Source: an uncultured Acidobacteriota bacterium
Lineage (GTDB): Bacteria > Acidobacteriota > Blastocatellia > RBC074
Assembly (NCBI GenBank): GCA_963796275.1
Contig: CAWCKY010000003.1
Span: forward strand, 768,001 to 832,000
Direction of reading: 5' to 3'
DNA: 64,000 nucleotides
Positions 7,273-17,214 of the stretch are shown piece by piece (the first letter of the stretch is position 1; each line of letters begins with the position of its first letter). The notes below the pieces were generated by a model that was not told the origin of the DNA, made no database searches, and worked only from the letters and a program-made list of their open reading frames with translations. A program made the translations under genes and the position numbers.

Positions 7273-9930
7273 ATGTCTATTATCAAGAGCAAGAGAGGAA
7301 GGGATTTCAAGGGGCCGGTAGCATGGCTTTTTGGCCGTGAGTTACTCAGCCAGCTCAAATGGATACTGCTCTATACGGCAGCCGGTAGCCGGTTCGACCC
7401 GCGCCAGTGGATGCAGGCTAATATCTACGATTACCTCAAAGAGGAAGGGGAAGGCGAGTCGATCGGAGACGAATTCTGGTTCGATTACCTTTCAGATACA
7501 GGCGATGGAATGAAAGCTACTTATAGTATCGCTTATCTCTGTATGAGCGACCTGTACGTGGAAGATTTGTCAACTGATTCAAACGCCGATCGGAAAGCTG
7601 AGCGCGAGGTCAGGCTTCATCATAAGAGGGGAAACTACAGGAACGTGCTCCCGCGCGGTCAATTTTTATTCGTGGGTGGTGATACCAGCTACCACCTCGC
7701 CGATTACGAGACCCTGGCCAACCGTTTTCAGACTCCTTTTGAATGGGCGTATGAAGACCTGTGTGCGGACTTGAAAGATACGCCCTCCGATTTGAATGTA
7801 CGGCGGCCGTTCTTCGGAATTCCGGCCAATCACGATTATTACGACGAGATCGACGGGTTCAGGCGTCAGTTTCGCCGTCAAGTTTCCGATGAAGACCTGA
7901 AGTGTGGGATCTGCGGTGCCACCGGAAGATACATCCGTGAGACAAAAAAAGACCTCGAATACGAATGCGTATCATGTTCTCCGCCGACCATAATCAAGAG
8001 ACCGCAGTTGCAAATATCGGCCTTCAAACGCTGCCAGGAAGCGAGTTATATCGCAATCAAGCTCCCATTCGGATGGTGGTTATGGGGGCTCGATACCGAG
8101 AGAGGCGGTATCGATTACAGGCAGAAAGATTATTTCCTCACCGCTCTGAAAAAGGGTGGTGGTGAAACCGGAAGTAACAACCGGAAGCACGTACCGGATA
8201 AGTTGATAGTGGCAAACTCTGTACCGATATTCGCCTTCGGGCAACTGGCGAAACTAGACGATGAAAAATCGACCCGGGCATACGATGAACTCGATCTCGG
8301 TCTTCCGTACCACAAGGGAGCCGTCGATCCTCTCGCTGCCGGACAATGCCGCCTCGATCTATCCGGAGACGTGCATCATTACGCGCGGTATGGCGGTCCA
8401 CATTGCACGGGAGATGATCCGCGAGCTGGCGGCCAGGCACCACGCTATACCAATAATAGCTATGCCTCGGTAGTCTCCGGATTGGGTGGCGCATTTCATC
8501 ACCCGTCGCAGACCTACGCCGACGAGATCAAAGAACAGGTTTTATATCCCCCCGAGAATATATCGCGAGCTGCAATAGCGGAGAGAATCTTTAAATTCCG
8601 GACGATATGGAAGGGCGGATACGTCGGCATCATCGGGGCAGTTATCGCGACAATTTTCTATTTCGGGCTTGCAGTCGGCATTCCGTTCCGTGGTTTCTAT
8701 AACATCACCACATTCGAAAGAGCTCGAGAGCCATGGCTATTCCCATTTGCTCAAGGTCCATCACTTTTCGCATTATCATTCCTCGCCTTATCAATAGTTG
8801 GACTATGGTTAGCCTTCAAAAGGGTCTCAGGTCTTCTGCAAACCGTCAGAAAATTCAAGGCGAGCGGCAGTAGAGCGAGGGATGGTGTTCAGGATTTGAG
8901 GCGAAATGAGAAAAAAACGATCATGCTGCTCTGTGCGATCACAATCGTTACCACTATAGCCTGGCTCGCTGGATTGTATAGACTAGATAGCTATACGCAA
9001 AACATTTCGCCCTTCTTTCACAGTATCATTATCTTCCTTTGCCTGCTCTGGGCTGGTGCGGCGATATGGCTAAATATCAGGTATAGCGATCTCATATCTC
9101 ATATGTCATCCTACCGCAATATAACAGTATTTCATCTGGTATTGACGTGGATGTTATGGATTGCTGTTATTACAATCATGCTTGGTGGGATTTATTTGTA
9201 TGGCGAACAGCGGTTTTCCGTCTTGGTCTCTGACCTCGTCTTAATATCCACGCTGCTGGGACTATTGTGCGCGGTACTCTATCTGGCTATAAGCGTGAGC
9301 GGGGAGATCGGCAGTAAGATGGGGTGGCCATTTTGGTTACTCCTGGGAGCGCTGCATCTGGTATTTCAGATGGCTGTTCCGCTTGAGATAGTAGTTAAAG
9401 GAGCATGGTATGTCTGGTTTATTGCAGGTGTATTGCTCTTGTATGTGTTTCCCAGAGCAGGCGAATATCTGATGAAAAATAACATTTCTTGGTTGAAACT
9501 CGGGAACAGATGGTGGTTACTGATTGCATGGGTGATTTTCGGTGCCGGCATAATGGCACTCACCTTCATAGAGGATACGCCGTTCATTGATGTCATCACC
9601 GAAACCGCTGTTCCTTATTTGCGGTTTGTAGTAGAAGAGGGGTCGGGAAAAGATTTTACAGGGTTGATTGCGGCCTTCTTCGTAGGAGGAGTAACAAGTT
9701 GCGTCTGGCTAGGCTGGTACCTGGCAGTCTCTCTCGGGTTTAACGGCCATAACAATGAGGTGGGAGGCGCGACGCGCATCGAGAATTTTAAACAATTCGT
9801 CCGTATTAGACTTACAAGAGATACGCTTTCAGCATATGTGATAGCCGTCGATGAACCTGAGCAGAAGGGGAAACTCTTGAAACCCAGGATAGTCGACTCA
9901 TTCACGCTCGTTGTGAAACATGAAGATTAA
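7273..9930 (+). CDS. Calcineurin-like metallophosphoesterase with a large polytopic membrane domain
   Basis: DYLSDTGDG, GGDTSY, PANHDYYD, LSGDVHHY and SGLGGAFHHP; roughly ten hydrophobic segments; short soluble C-terminal tail (NGHNNEVGGATRIENFKQFVRIRL). Confidence 0.8.
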   Translation: MSIIKSKRGRDFKGPVAWLFGRELLSQLKWILLYTAAGSRFDPRQWMQANIYDYLKEEGEGESIGDEFWFDYLSDTGDGMKATYSIAYLCMSDLYVEDLSTDSNADRKAEREVRLHHKRGNYRNVLPRGQFLFVGGDTSYHLADYETLANRFQTPFEWAYEDLCADLKDTPSDLNVRRPFFGIPANHDYYDEIDGFRRQFRRQVSDEDLKCGICGATGRYIRETKKDLEYECVSCSPPTIIKRPQLQISAFKRCQEASYIAIKLPFGWWLWGLDTERGGIDYRQKDYFLTALKKGGGETGSNNRKHVPDKLIVANSVPIFAFGQLAKLDDEKSTRAYDELDLGLPYHKGAVDPLAAGQCRLDLSGDVHHYARYGGPHCTGDDPRAGGQAPRYTNNSYASVVSGLGGAFHHPSQTYADEIKEQVLYPPENISRAAIAERIFKFRTIWKGGYVGIIGAVIATIFYFGLAVGIPFRGFYNITTFERAREPWLFPFAQGPSLFALSFLALSIVGLWLAFKRVSGLLQTVRKFKASGSRARDGVQDLRRNEKKTIMLLCAITIVTTIAWLAGLYRLDSYTQNISPFFHSIIIFLCLLWAGAAIWLNIRYSDLISHMSSYRNITVFHLVLTWMLWIAVITIMLGGIYLYGEQRFSVLVSDLVLISTLLGLLCAVLYLAISVSGEIGSKMGWPFWLLLGALHLVFQMAVPLEIVVKGAWYVWFIAGVLLLYVFPRAGEYLMKNNISWLKLGNRWWLLIAWVIFGAGIMALTFIEDTPFIDVITETAVPYLRFVVEEGSGKDFTGLIAAFFVGGVTSCVWLGWYLAVSLGFNGHNNEVGGATRIENFKQFVRIRLTRDTLSAYVIAVDEPEQKGKLLKPRIVDSFTLVVKHED

Positions 9931-9987
9931 CCGTAAAAGCCATCATGTCGTTTTGATGTTACCTGGATGCGTATTTACTTGAGGGGT

Positions 9988-10208
9988 GTGTGCAAATTAA
10001 AGTTGGTTATTATCAACAGTTTCTGATTGGCTCCGGAGGAGCCCGATCTATATAGCATTTGATTACCCAAGCCTCACAAGCTCCGGAGGAGCGACATATG
10101 AATGCCTGTATGTCGCTCCTCCGAAGCTGTGAGATGTGGGAGAACGAGTTCTATAAACATCCCGCTCAGGAACGAGAACATTGATTCAATGATCTTTTAT
10201 TTGCACAC
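9988..10208. mobile_element. MITE/REP-like element with 15-bp terminal inverted repeats and an internal palindrome
   Basis: GTGTGCAAATTAAAG (9988-10002) pairs with CTTTTATTTGCACAC (10194-10208), one mismatch; internal inverted repeat 10073-10133 (GCTCCGGAGGAGCGACATA...TATGTCGCTCCTCCGAAGC). Confidence 0.6.
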
Positions 10209-10249
10209 TCTTTCATTTATTTCACTGCCTGTTCTTGCGCGCGCATAGT

Positions 10250-11779
10250 TCATCTTATCCCATGCAAGCGGTATTTCCGGGTGAACCGATTGGTGATGTC
10301 AGCGATCTCAACCTCGATAATTCCATTGGAATCACACGAATATACCTCTTCTATCAGATTACCGTACTGTTGTCCGCGAGTAATCTCAGCTTTTTTTATG
10401 CCGTCATCGGATTGTAAAGTGGGGTCGAAGGGAAAGACAATTTCATTCCATGGCGCGATGTCACCTAACGGTTGGCCCGTATGATCGACGCGGCCGCATT
10501 CGAGATAACGAAAATTACCGATATTATGTGTCGGAATATAACTTCGTTTGCGCGTTAATGGCGATTCCCCTTTGGTGGGTAGCGGGGTGTCCTTCTCGAA
10601 GAGCAAGTCGAATGAAATTGCGTCGCCGTCGTTCCATTCACGCCACACTCCGAAGTTGCGTGAGAACCGCTCGCGCAGCTTATATCCGGTGGCGGTGTCA
10701 GCCGCGATAGCCAGACCGATCGCCGTCGCCGCGTGTGGATAGGGAGAACGCCTGACCTGTCGCCCGTATCTCTCTTTGAGCAAGCGCAAGACCAGCGGCA
10801 GATCGCTCGACCCTCCTACGAGATAAACCGAAGACGGTTCGCGGATATCGAAACCGGATTCGAGCATCGATTTATCCATCGCCTGTTCCATCGACTCGAT
10901 CGTGCTTTCTACTAAAGGCCGGCATTCCTCATAAAAGTCGCTGACGTTGATTGTGACTTCGCCCGCGTCTTCGATCCCCAGGCCTAGATCGAGAGTGATG
11001 CGGCGAGTATTCGGATGCAGGCTCTCTTTTTTGTGGCGGCACTCCTCGAGCAGCCGCGCCAGCGCGATATCTGAAATTTTATTTATATCTGCTAGCTTGA
11101 GCGCCATATCGAGCAAGATAATGTCGAAGTTATCCCCGCCAAGTTTGGCGATGCCCTCGCTGCTCAGAACCTGGTGATCCCGCTCGACCAAGCTGATGAC
11201 GGAAGAATCGAAGGTGCCCCCGCCGAGATCGTAAACGAGAAGAGTCTCTCGTTTCGCAGCCGCGGCGCTTGCCGTAAGATGATGAGCGTATTCGATGCCG
11301 GCTGCCGATGGCTCATTCATCAATCCACGAACATCGAACCCCGCATCCCGAAAGGCTTCGAGCGTAATGAAACGCTGGTTGCTATTGGAATTGGCCGGCA
11401 CGGATATCATGGCTTGCAGTTTTTCGCGTGGTTTGATGTGCAGGTTCGAACGGCCGATCAGATCCTCGCGAAGGTGTGAAAGAAAATCCGTCAGCAATTC
11501 AAGCGCAAAGAAGTGCCGGTCTCCGATTTGAAGTGATTCGTAGGGACCGACCGATCCGAGCTGCCGTTTGAACGATCGCAAAACATGCCAGTCCGGATCG
11601 CTTTGCTTCGAAGCCGCATCGAAACCGAATAATAGTTCGCCGCCGCGCGTTGCTACTAACGATGGATACCAGCTGAGTGTGTCTCCGCTCTCCGGTTGAA
11701 AACTGACAATGGGATAGTTCCCCCGGTCTACTGCCGCAACAACTGTGCGGGTTGTTCCAAAATCAATTCCAAGAAGCAT
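10250..11779 (-). CDS. Hsp70-family (DnaK-like) protein, atypical
   Basis: GIDFGTT, NEPSAA, YDLGGGTFD, LGGDNFD and LVGGSS; short divergent C-terminal domain. Confidence 0.9.
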   Translation of the reverse strand: MLLGIDFGTTRTVVAAVDRGNYPIVSFQPESGDTLSWYPSLVATRGGELLFGFDAASKQSDPDWHVLRSFKRQLGSVGPYESLQIGDRHFFALELLTDFLSHLREDLIGRSNLHIKPREKLQAMISVPANSNSNQRFITLEAFRDAGFDVRGLMNEPSAAGIEYAHHLTASAAAAKRETLLVYDLGGGTFDSSVISLVERDHQVLSSEGIAKLGGDNFDIILLDMALKLADINKISDIALARLLEECRHKKESLHPNTRRITLDLGLGIEDAGEVTINVSDFYEECRPLVESTIESMEQAMDKSMLESGFDIREPSSVYLVGGSSDLPLVLRLLKERYGRQVRRSPYPHAATAIGLAIAADTATGYKLRERFSRNFGVWREWNDGDAISFDLLFEKDTPLPTKGESPLTRKRSYIPTHNIGNFRYLECGRVDHTGQPLGDIAPWNEIVFPFDPTLQSDDGIKKAEITRGQQYGNLIEEVYSCDSNGIIEVEIADITNRFTRKYRLHGIR

Positions 11780-12044
11780 ATTGATCTTTCCCGCTGATAA
11801 GTTTATTGAAGACTGCTCCGATTAAAGTAATATCTGCTCGCGAACTTTCGATTGGCTCCGATTGCGAGGATATAGCTTTCGTAAAAGGTAAATTTGTGAA
11901 TGGTCGATTGCTAAATCATTACCTGCCTTCGGCACCATCGCTTAACCGCTGATATATTGAACTTTAATTCGCAATGTCTTCCCCTGATTTAAAGTGAGGG
12001 CCTGAAAGTGGGTTTCGTTTCTTGCGTTTTTTATTTTGTGTATT

Positions 12045-12305
12045 TCATTTCCGTATCATTCTCGTTCTCTTATCTATCACGATGAGTCGCGTCTTGATGA
12101 GCATGTCTAACGCCTCCTGAAAAAGCTCTGCTTGATCACAGGGAGTTCCCCTAAACTGTTGCTCTGCCAGCTGGATCATCGCGAGTGCGCAGGCCTGGTC
12201 TTCCCGAATGTAGGTTGTGACCTCAACCAGGAGTGGTGAATCCGTTTGTGCGAGTTGAACGATCCACTCGTCATCATTTTCCTTATTCTCCTTATTCTCC
12301 TTCAT
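12045..12305 (-). CDS. Small hypothetical protein, possibly ribbon-helix-helix-like
   Basis: 86-aa ORF; beta-helix-helix-like pattern (VTTYIREDQ...QAELFQEALDMLI). Confidence 0.5.
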   Translation of the reverse strand: MKENKENKENDDEWIVQLAQTDSPLLVEVTTYIREDQACALAMIQLAEQQFRGTPCDQAELFQEALDMLIKTRLIVIDKRTRMIRK

Positions 12306-12507
12306 TGGAGCCCCCTGACCAGTGAAGATGAAGAGAGGAAAAGTGCTCTTTCCATTCGTTTCCCCGTCGTTTCATTTTGTGTTTTCATGGCCGCTGCCCC
12401 TGCGAAATGACCGACGAATCTATGTTAGCATCATTTTCGGTCAGACCTCGTATAAAAATAGAGTTTATCTCATCCTTGCATAAAAAATGTGCAGCAAGGG
12501 CGTGCAG

Positions 12508-12535
12508 TTGACAATAAGAAACTTAAACAGATAAT
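12508..12535 (+). promoter_or_regulatory. Putative sigma70 promoter for acyP-apt
   Basis: TTGACA-16 bp-GATAAT. Confidence 0.45.
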
Positions 12536-12557
12536 CGTTACGAGATTTTCCTTACAT

Positions 12558-12830
12558 ATGGTTGCGAGGCAGTTTCTCATTTCAGGCATGGTCCAGGGCG
12601 TTGGCTATCGCTTCTTTGTTCTGCGGGCGGCCGCGCGCCATCAGGTGCTAGGCATTGTTCGCAACCTGCCCGATGGGCGAGTCGAGGTGTTGGCCGAAGG
12701 CGATCGCGATGCGATGGATGAATTCAAGAAAGACCTCGCGACCGGGCCAGCCATGGCAGTCGTCACAGGTATAGACGAAATCGATTTGCAGGTAACCGCC
12801 CGTTACCGCGATTTCCATGTTGATCACTGA
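12558..12830 (+). CDS. acyP: Acylphosphatase
   Basis: GMVQGVGYRFF and VRNLPDGRVEV; start moved to ATG 12558. Confidence 0.93.
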   Translation: MVARQFLISGMVQGVGYRFFVLRAAARHQVLGIVRNLPDGRVEVLAEGDRDAMDEFKKDLATGPAMAVVTGIDEIDLQVTARYRDFHVDH

Positions 12831-12871
12831 ATCTCGAATGAGTCCGAATTCAAGGAGACGAAGATAAGAAG

Positions 12872-13417
12872 ATGTCTGCTATTGAAACGTCAGATCTACA
12901 ATCGCTGAAGAAGCTGATCCGAGAAATTCCCGATTTTCCTAAACCGGGAATTCTCTTTTACGACATCACGACCCTGTTGAAAAATGCAAATGGGCTACGA
13001 TCAGTCATCGATCACATCACGGAGAAATTTCGTGATAAGAATGTCGATACGGTGATCGGAATTGAGGCACGCGGTTTTATTTTCGGCCCCGCGATCGCAT
13101 ATCACCTGGGAGCCGGGTTTGTTCCGGTTCGGAAACCGAAGAAGTTGCCATCGGATGTCGAAAGTTACAGCTACGATCTGGAATATGGTAAAGACACGCT
13201 CGAAATACATCGCGATGCGGTCGGCAAGGGACATAATGTCATCATCGCCGATGATTTGCTCGCGACAGGTGGGACGGCGGGAGCGGTGGTAAAGCTTGTC
13301 GAGAAACTCGGAGGCAATGTCGTCGGTTTATCGTTTGTCATCGAGCTGGAATTTTTGAATGGGCGCGAAAGGCTAGCCGGATATGATGTTTTCTCTCTGC
13401 TGAAATATCAGAGCTAG
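12872..13417 (+). CDS. apt: Adenine phosphoribosyltransferase
   Basis: [32 protein letters not shown] and DDLLATGGT. Confidence 0.97.
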   Translation: MSAIETSDLQSLKKLIREIPDFPKPGILFYDITTLLKNANGLRSVIDHITEKFRDKNVDTVIGIEARGFIFGPAIAYHLGAGFVPVRKPKKLPSDVESYSYDLEYGKDTLEIHRDAVGKGHNVIIADDLLATGGTAGAVVKLVEKLGGNVVGLSFVIELEFLNGRERLAGYDVFSLLKYQS

Positions 13418-13477
13418 CTAGACTATGGCCGCCAGTGCTGATAAAGTTGCGATATGCCTTCGTTTTATATTTGTAGT

Positions 13478-13552
<75 letters not shown>

Positions 13553-14047
13553 TTTTCCCGCACCTCAGCTTATTTCCTCAAATTTAACCGCATACTTACC
13601 TGCCGAATTCTTCATATCCCTCGATATGTTACACGATGTTACTTCAGGCAGTATTCATTCAACTCTACATGTACTGTCAGGTAAATCATTATCGCTACCT
13701 CATTATTAGTAAGTAGTTTTTATTACTAAGACTCGTACTTATCCTAATTACACAATAAGAGATGAATTTGATATTTGTAATATAGTAGTTACTTTAGCTT
13801 GGCGCATTATGAAAAGCCGATTCACGATGAAAGCCGATTCACGGAAAAAGGATCAAAAAGATAAAACAAGAAGAAAGAAGGTAAAAAGAAATTCCAAATT
13901 GCGACAGATATTGTGCCCTTCCTCACAGTTGGAGTTGTTAAGTGGGCTTAACGCCGCTCGTATTTTACCGAAGAGATTGAGGAAAAAAGAGAGAATATGG
14001 CTGCGTGAAAGCAATGAAGCGGTCAAACTTAATGGAGGGTAAAGCAT

Positions 14048-15316
14048 ATGACCACTAATCTTATTAGCCAGTTATCAAGAGAGTTTGGTGGGGATGCCAT
14101 AAACAAGATTGCCGGAGCCCTTGGTGAAGACAGCAGCCGAACGCAGGCTGCAATGGATGGAACATTGCAGGCGCTAGTTGGTGGTCTTGTCAACAAAGGT
14201 GCGACCAGAGATGGAGCCTCCGACCTCCTCGATCTCCTTAAAAGAAATAATCTTGACGGCACTCGTTTTACTAATGTGGCAAGCGCGATCTCGGGACCCG
14301 ATGGAATTTCGCGCATGGTCGAAACCGGTGGCCCGCTACTGAACTCGGTCCTCGGATCGCGTGCCAATTCAGTGATCGATTGGGTAACTTCGCTGGGAGG
14401 AATCAAGAAATCATCAGCCACGTCTCTATTGAGTCTGGCGTTGCCGGTTGTCCTGGGACAGATCGGAAGGTTAGTGAGCAGCGGTGGGTGGAATGTATCG
14501 AGTTTGATGAATCTATTGAACGACCAGAAGAATTATCTCAGGAATATGCCGACCGGATTGACGAACGCGCTCGGATATGGAGGGACAGAGTGGACCGGGG
14601 ATCGTGAGCGTGAACGGCGGGCAGCCCCCTCATATGTAAGCGAACCGATTCGCCGAGAGCGTGAAGGGACGGCTTGGTGGAAGTGGGCGCTGCCTCTGCT
14701 GGCTTTGCTGGCGCTGGGTTGGCTTTTGAGTCGCCTTTTCACCGGAAGAGAACGGCAGGTCCAAACCAATATTGCAGTTCCGACGGCGACCGCTACTCTG
14801 AGGGCCGAAGCGACAGCGACCATTGCACCGACGGGGGCTCCGGGCCGGCCTGAACTCGGTGCATTTATCGATAAGAGACTGCCCGACGGGACGATGCTGA
14901 GAATTCCTACGTATGGCGTAGAGAGCAAGATGCTCGTGTTCATCGAAGACCCTTCAAAGAGAGCTGACCAGGTAACCTGGTTCAGCTTCGATCGCCTGGA
15001 GTTCGAAACAGATTCAGCGACACTCAGGCCATCTTCGATGGAACAACTGCGAAATATCGCCGAGATAATGAAGGCATATCCAAATGTGACCGTGAAGATT
15101 GGCGGATATACGGATAACGTCGGAGACGACGCTTATAACATAAAGCTATCGCAGGAGCGGGCGAATAGAACGATGAATGAGATAGCTAGGCTGGGTATAA
15201 ATCCGTCGCGTGTGACGGCAGAAGGATACGGTGAGCAGCATCCGGTGGCGGACAATGCAACGGAGGAAGGACGTCAACGCAACAGGAGGATAGATATCCT
15301 TATAACCAAGAAATAG
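14048..15316 (+). CDS. OmpA-family protein with N-terminal DUF937-like domain and one TM helix
   Basis: N-terminal helical domain (INKIAGALGED), TM WWKWALPLLALL, FSFDRLEFETDSA, GYTDNVG, LSQERA and GYGEQHPVADN..GRQRNRRID. Confidence 0.9.
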   Translation: MTTNLISQLSREFGGDAINKIAGALGEDSSRTQAAMDGTLQALVGGLVNKGATRDGASDLLDLLKRNNLDGTRFTNVASAISGPDGISRMVETGGPLLNSVLGSRANSVIDWVTSLGGIKKSSATSLLSLALPVVLGQIGRLVSSGGWNVSSLMNLLNDQKNYLRNMPTGLTNALGYGGTEWTGDRERERRAAPSYVSEPIRREREGTAWWKWALPLLALLALGWLLSRLFTGRERQVQTNIAVPTATATLRAEATATIAPTGAPGRPELGAFIDKRLPDGTMLRIPTYGVESKMLVFIEDPSKRADQVTWFSFDRLEFETDSATLRPSSMEQLRNIAEIMKAYPNVTVKIGGYTDNVGDDAYNIKLSQERANRTMNEIARLGINPSRVTAEGYGEQHPVADNATEEGRQRNRRIDILITKK

Positions 15317-15641
15317 GAGATTGCGGTGTGCAAGGAGTGCGGATTGCGGAGTTTTCTTCATTAACCGGCACTACCGCCAGCACAACTGCAATAAAAGATT
15401 AGCCGGTGATTCAGCTACGTGACAGTAGTTTTGTTGGGGAAAGTACTGTCAAAGCGGTGCTTTGTAACCAAGGGAGGCCAAGACCATTTGGGATTTATAG
15501 GAGTAATGGTTTTGGTGGTTCAGGCACTAGTTCGAAATGTAAGGAGGAGCATTTCGAGCAATGGTAGTTGAATCACCGGCTAATGCTTACGACCGGGGCG
15601 CACGCCCCTGTCCATACGTAACAGACGTAACAGGAGAAATT

Positions 15642-16397
15642 ATGTTTCTGAGAAAGTACCAGATTATTTCAGTTATCATCTGCCTGGTTTCAGCATTGAG
15701 TCTTTCCGCGTTAGCAGATATGCAACAGGAGACCAAGGAGACCAAGCAACCGAAGGAATCGAAGGATACGAAGGAAGGAGCAGATCAGTCGCAAAAAGCC
15801 GCCACGGTATTTAAGGAAATTATGAGCGCACCGGATAAAGCGATCCCACAGAAGGTGTTGAACGGCGCCGAGTGTATCGCTGTCTTTCCGCAGGTGATCA
15901 AAGGTGGCTTTATTGTCGGCGGCCGCGGTGGCCGCGGTGTGGCCAGCTGTCGCACCGCCGGGGGGAGCTGGAGTGCACCTGCATACTTCGGCATGAAGGG
16001 CGGCAGCTTTGGGCTTCAGATTGGCGCAGAGGCGACCGATTTCGTGCTCTTGTTTATGAATGATACCGCGATGCAGAGTTTGCTCAAGAGCAAGGTCACA
16101 CTTGGAGGCGAAGCATCGGTGGCAGCCGGTCCAGTCGGACGCGAAGCCGGCGCCGAGACCGACGCGGCGATGAACGCGCAGGTTCTCTCCTATTCGCGGA
16201 GCAAAGGGGTCTTCGGCGGTCTCGAGCTTAAAGGGACTACGATCACAGCTGAGAAGAAAGTGATTTCTGAATCATACGGTCAAGGGATGACTGCGGAACA
16301 AGTGCTGAAGATGGATAAAAGCAAGGCGCCATCCGATGTCCAGACTTATCCGGATACCCTGACAAGTTACTCTGCAACGAAATCAGCAAAGAAATAG
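15642..16397 (+). CDS. Lipid-binding SYLF (Ysc84-like) domain protein, secreted
   Basis: APDKAIP, KGGFIVGG, GGSFGLQIG, AAGPVGR and YSRSKGVFGG; ATG 15642 with SD AGGAG. Confidence 0.92.
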   Translation: MFLRKYQIISVIICLVSALSLSALADMQQETKETKQPKESKDTKEGADQSQKAATVFKEIMSAPDKAIPQKVLNGAECIAVFPQVIKGGFIVGGRGGRGVASCRTAGGSWSAPAYFGMKGGSFGLQIGAEATDFVLLFMNDTAMQSLLKSKVTLGGEASVAAGPVGREAGAETDAAMNAQVLSYSRSKGVFGGLELKGTTITAEKKVISESYGQGMTAEQVLKMDKSKAPSDVQTYPDTLTSYSATKSAKK

Positions 16398-16431
16398 AGA
16401 ACGAGTATTTGTTTGTATACCCCCGTCGATG

Positions 16432-16487
16432 CTCGGTGCCCTTAGGTGCCCTTAGGTGCCCCGTTGCCCTCAGTTTGCCCCGTAGCC
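16432..16487. repeat. Degenerate 10-bp tandem repeat (CTTAGGTGCC)
   Basis: Exact copies at 16441 and 16451 with decayed flanking copies. Confidence 0.7.
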
Positions 16488-16490
16488 TTT

Positions 16491-16597
16491 GTGATATAGA
16501 ACGCGGATATGGCCAGAGCGGTCGGTCAATGAGAGATTGGACCAGGAAGGTGAGGTAAGCGATACCGATATTCTGCTCAATTCTCGTTCTATATCAC
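16491..16597. mobile_element. 107-bp element bounded by perfect 13-bp inverted repeats (MITE or IS remnant)
   Basis: GTGATATAGAACG (16491-16503) and CGTTCTATATCAC (16585-16597). Confidence 0.5.
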
Positions 16598-16787
16598 CTA
16601 GGGATTAATGCAAATCAACATTGACATTAATTTACCCAAGAACTCAATTGGGTTTACACACCTCAGCTGACAATATAGAATCCGCTCACCCTCTTAATTA
16701 CCCTTTCTTATTTCAGGCTTGTTGATTCTGGTCAACGTGTCTTTACCCCCACTCGCAAAGTTCTATCTGCGAAAAAAGGAGGTCGGT

Positions 16788-17120
16788 GTGAATAAAACGA
16801 CAATTTTTACTCACATAGGGCGAATCTTCATTGTCGTAATGATTATGACAACTGTCATGCCGAGTTTCGCCATGGCAAACGGCTGGCGCGGCCGCGGCCG
16901 AGACAGGAAGTTCGGTAGGTTTATCAATCGCCATGACGGGCGCCATGGCCGATTCGATGACAGAGGCCCGAGAGGGGACCGGAGGTACGACAGGTGGTAC
17001 CGCGGCGATCGTGGTCGTTGGGACCGAGGTCGTAACAGATGGATGGATTGGGACCGCGATCGATTTGATAGACGGCACCATCACCATGATCGGCGCTTTG
17101 ACCGGCGCAGATTCTGGTAA
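16788..17120 (+). CDS. Small secreted Arg/Asp-rich low-complexity protein
   Basis: GTG start with SD AAGGAGG; signal peptide ending AMA; mature part rich in R/D/G/W/H. Confidence 0.7.
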   Translation: MNKTTIFTHIGRIFIVVMIMTTVMPSFAMANGWRGRGRDRKFGRFINRHDGRHGRFDDRGPRGDRRYDRWYRGDRGRWDRGRNRWMDWDRDRFDRRHHHHDRRFDRRRFW

Positions 17121-17214
17121 ACTGCTTTTCCCAACAATTTAGGGGCTCGTAAACGATGAAGCGCTCGGCAGCCGCGGCTCCGTCGCTTGTGGGTTTACAG
17201 CCCCTTATTGAAAT

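Noticed and set aside
13809-14042. 77-aa Lys/Arg-rich ORF upstream of OmpA
   Set aside because: AT-rich low-complexity sequence with a 19-bp near-tandem repeat, no SD and no recognisable family.
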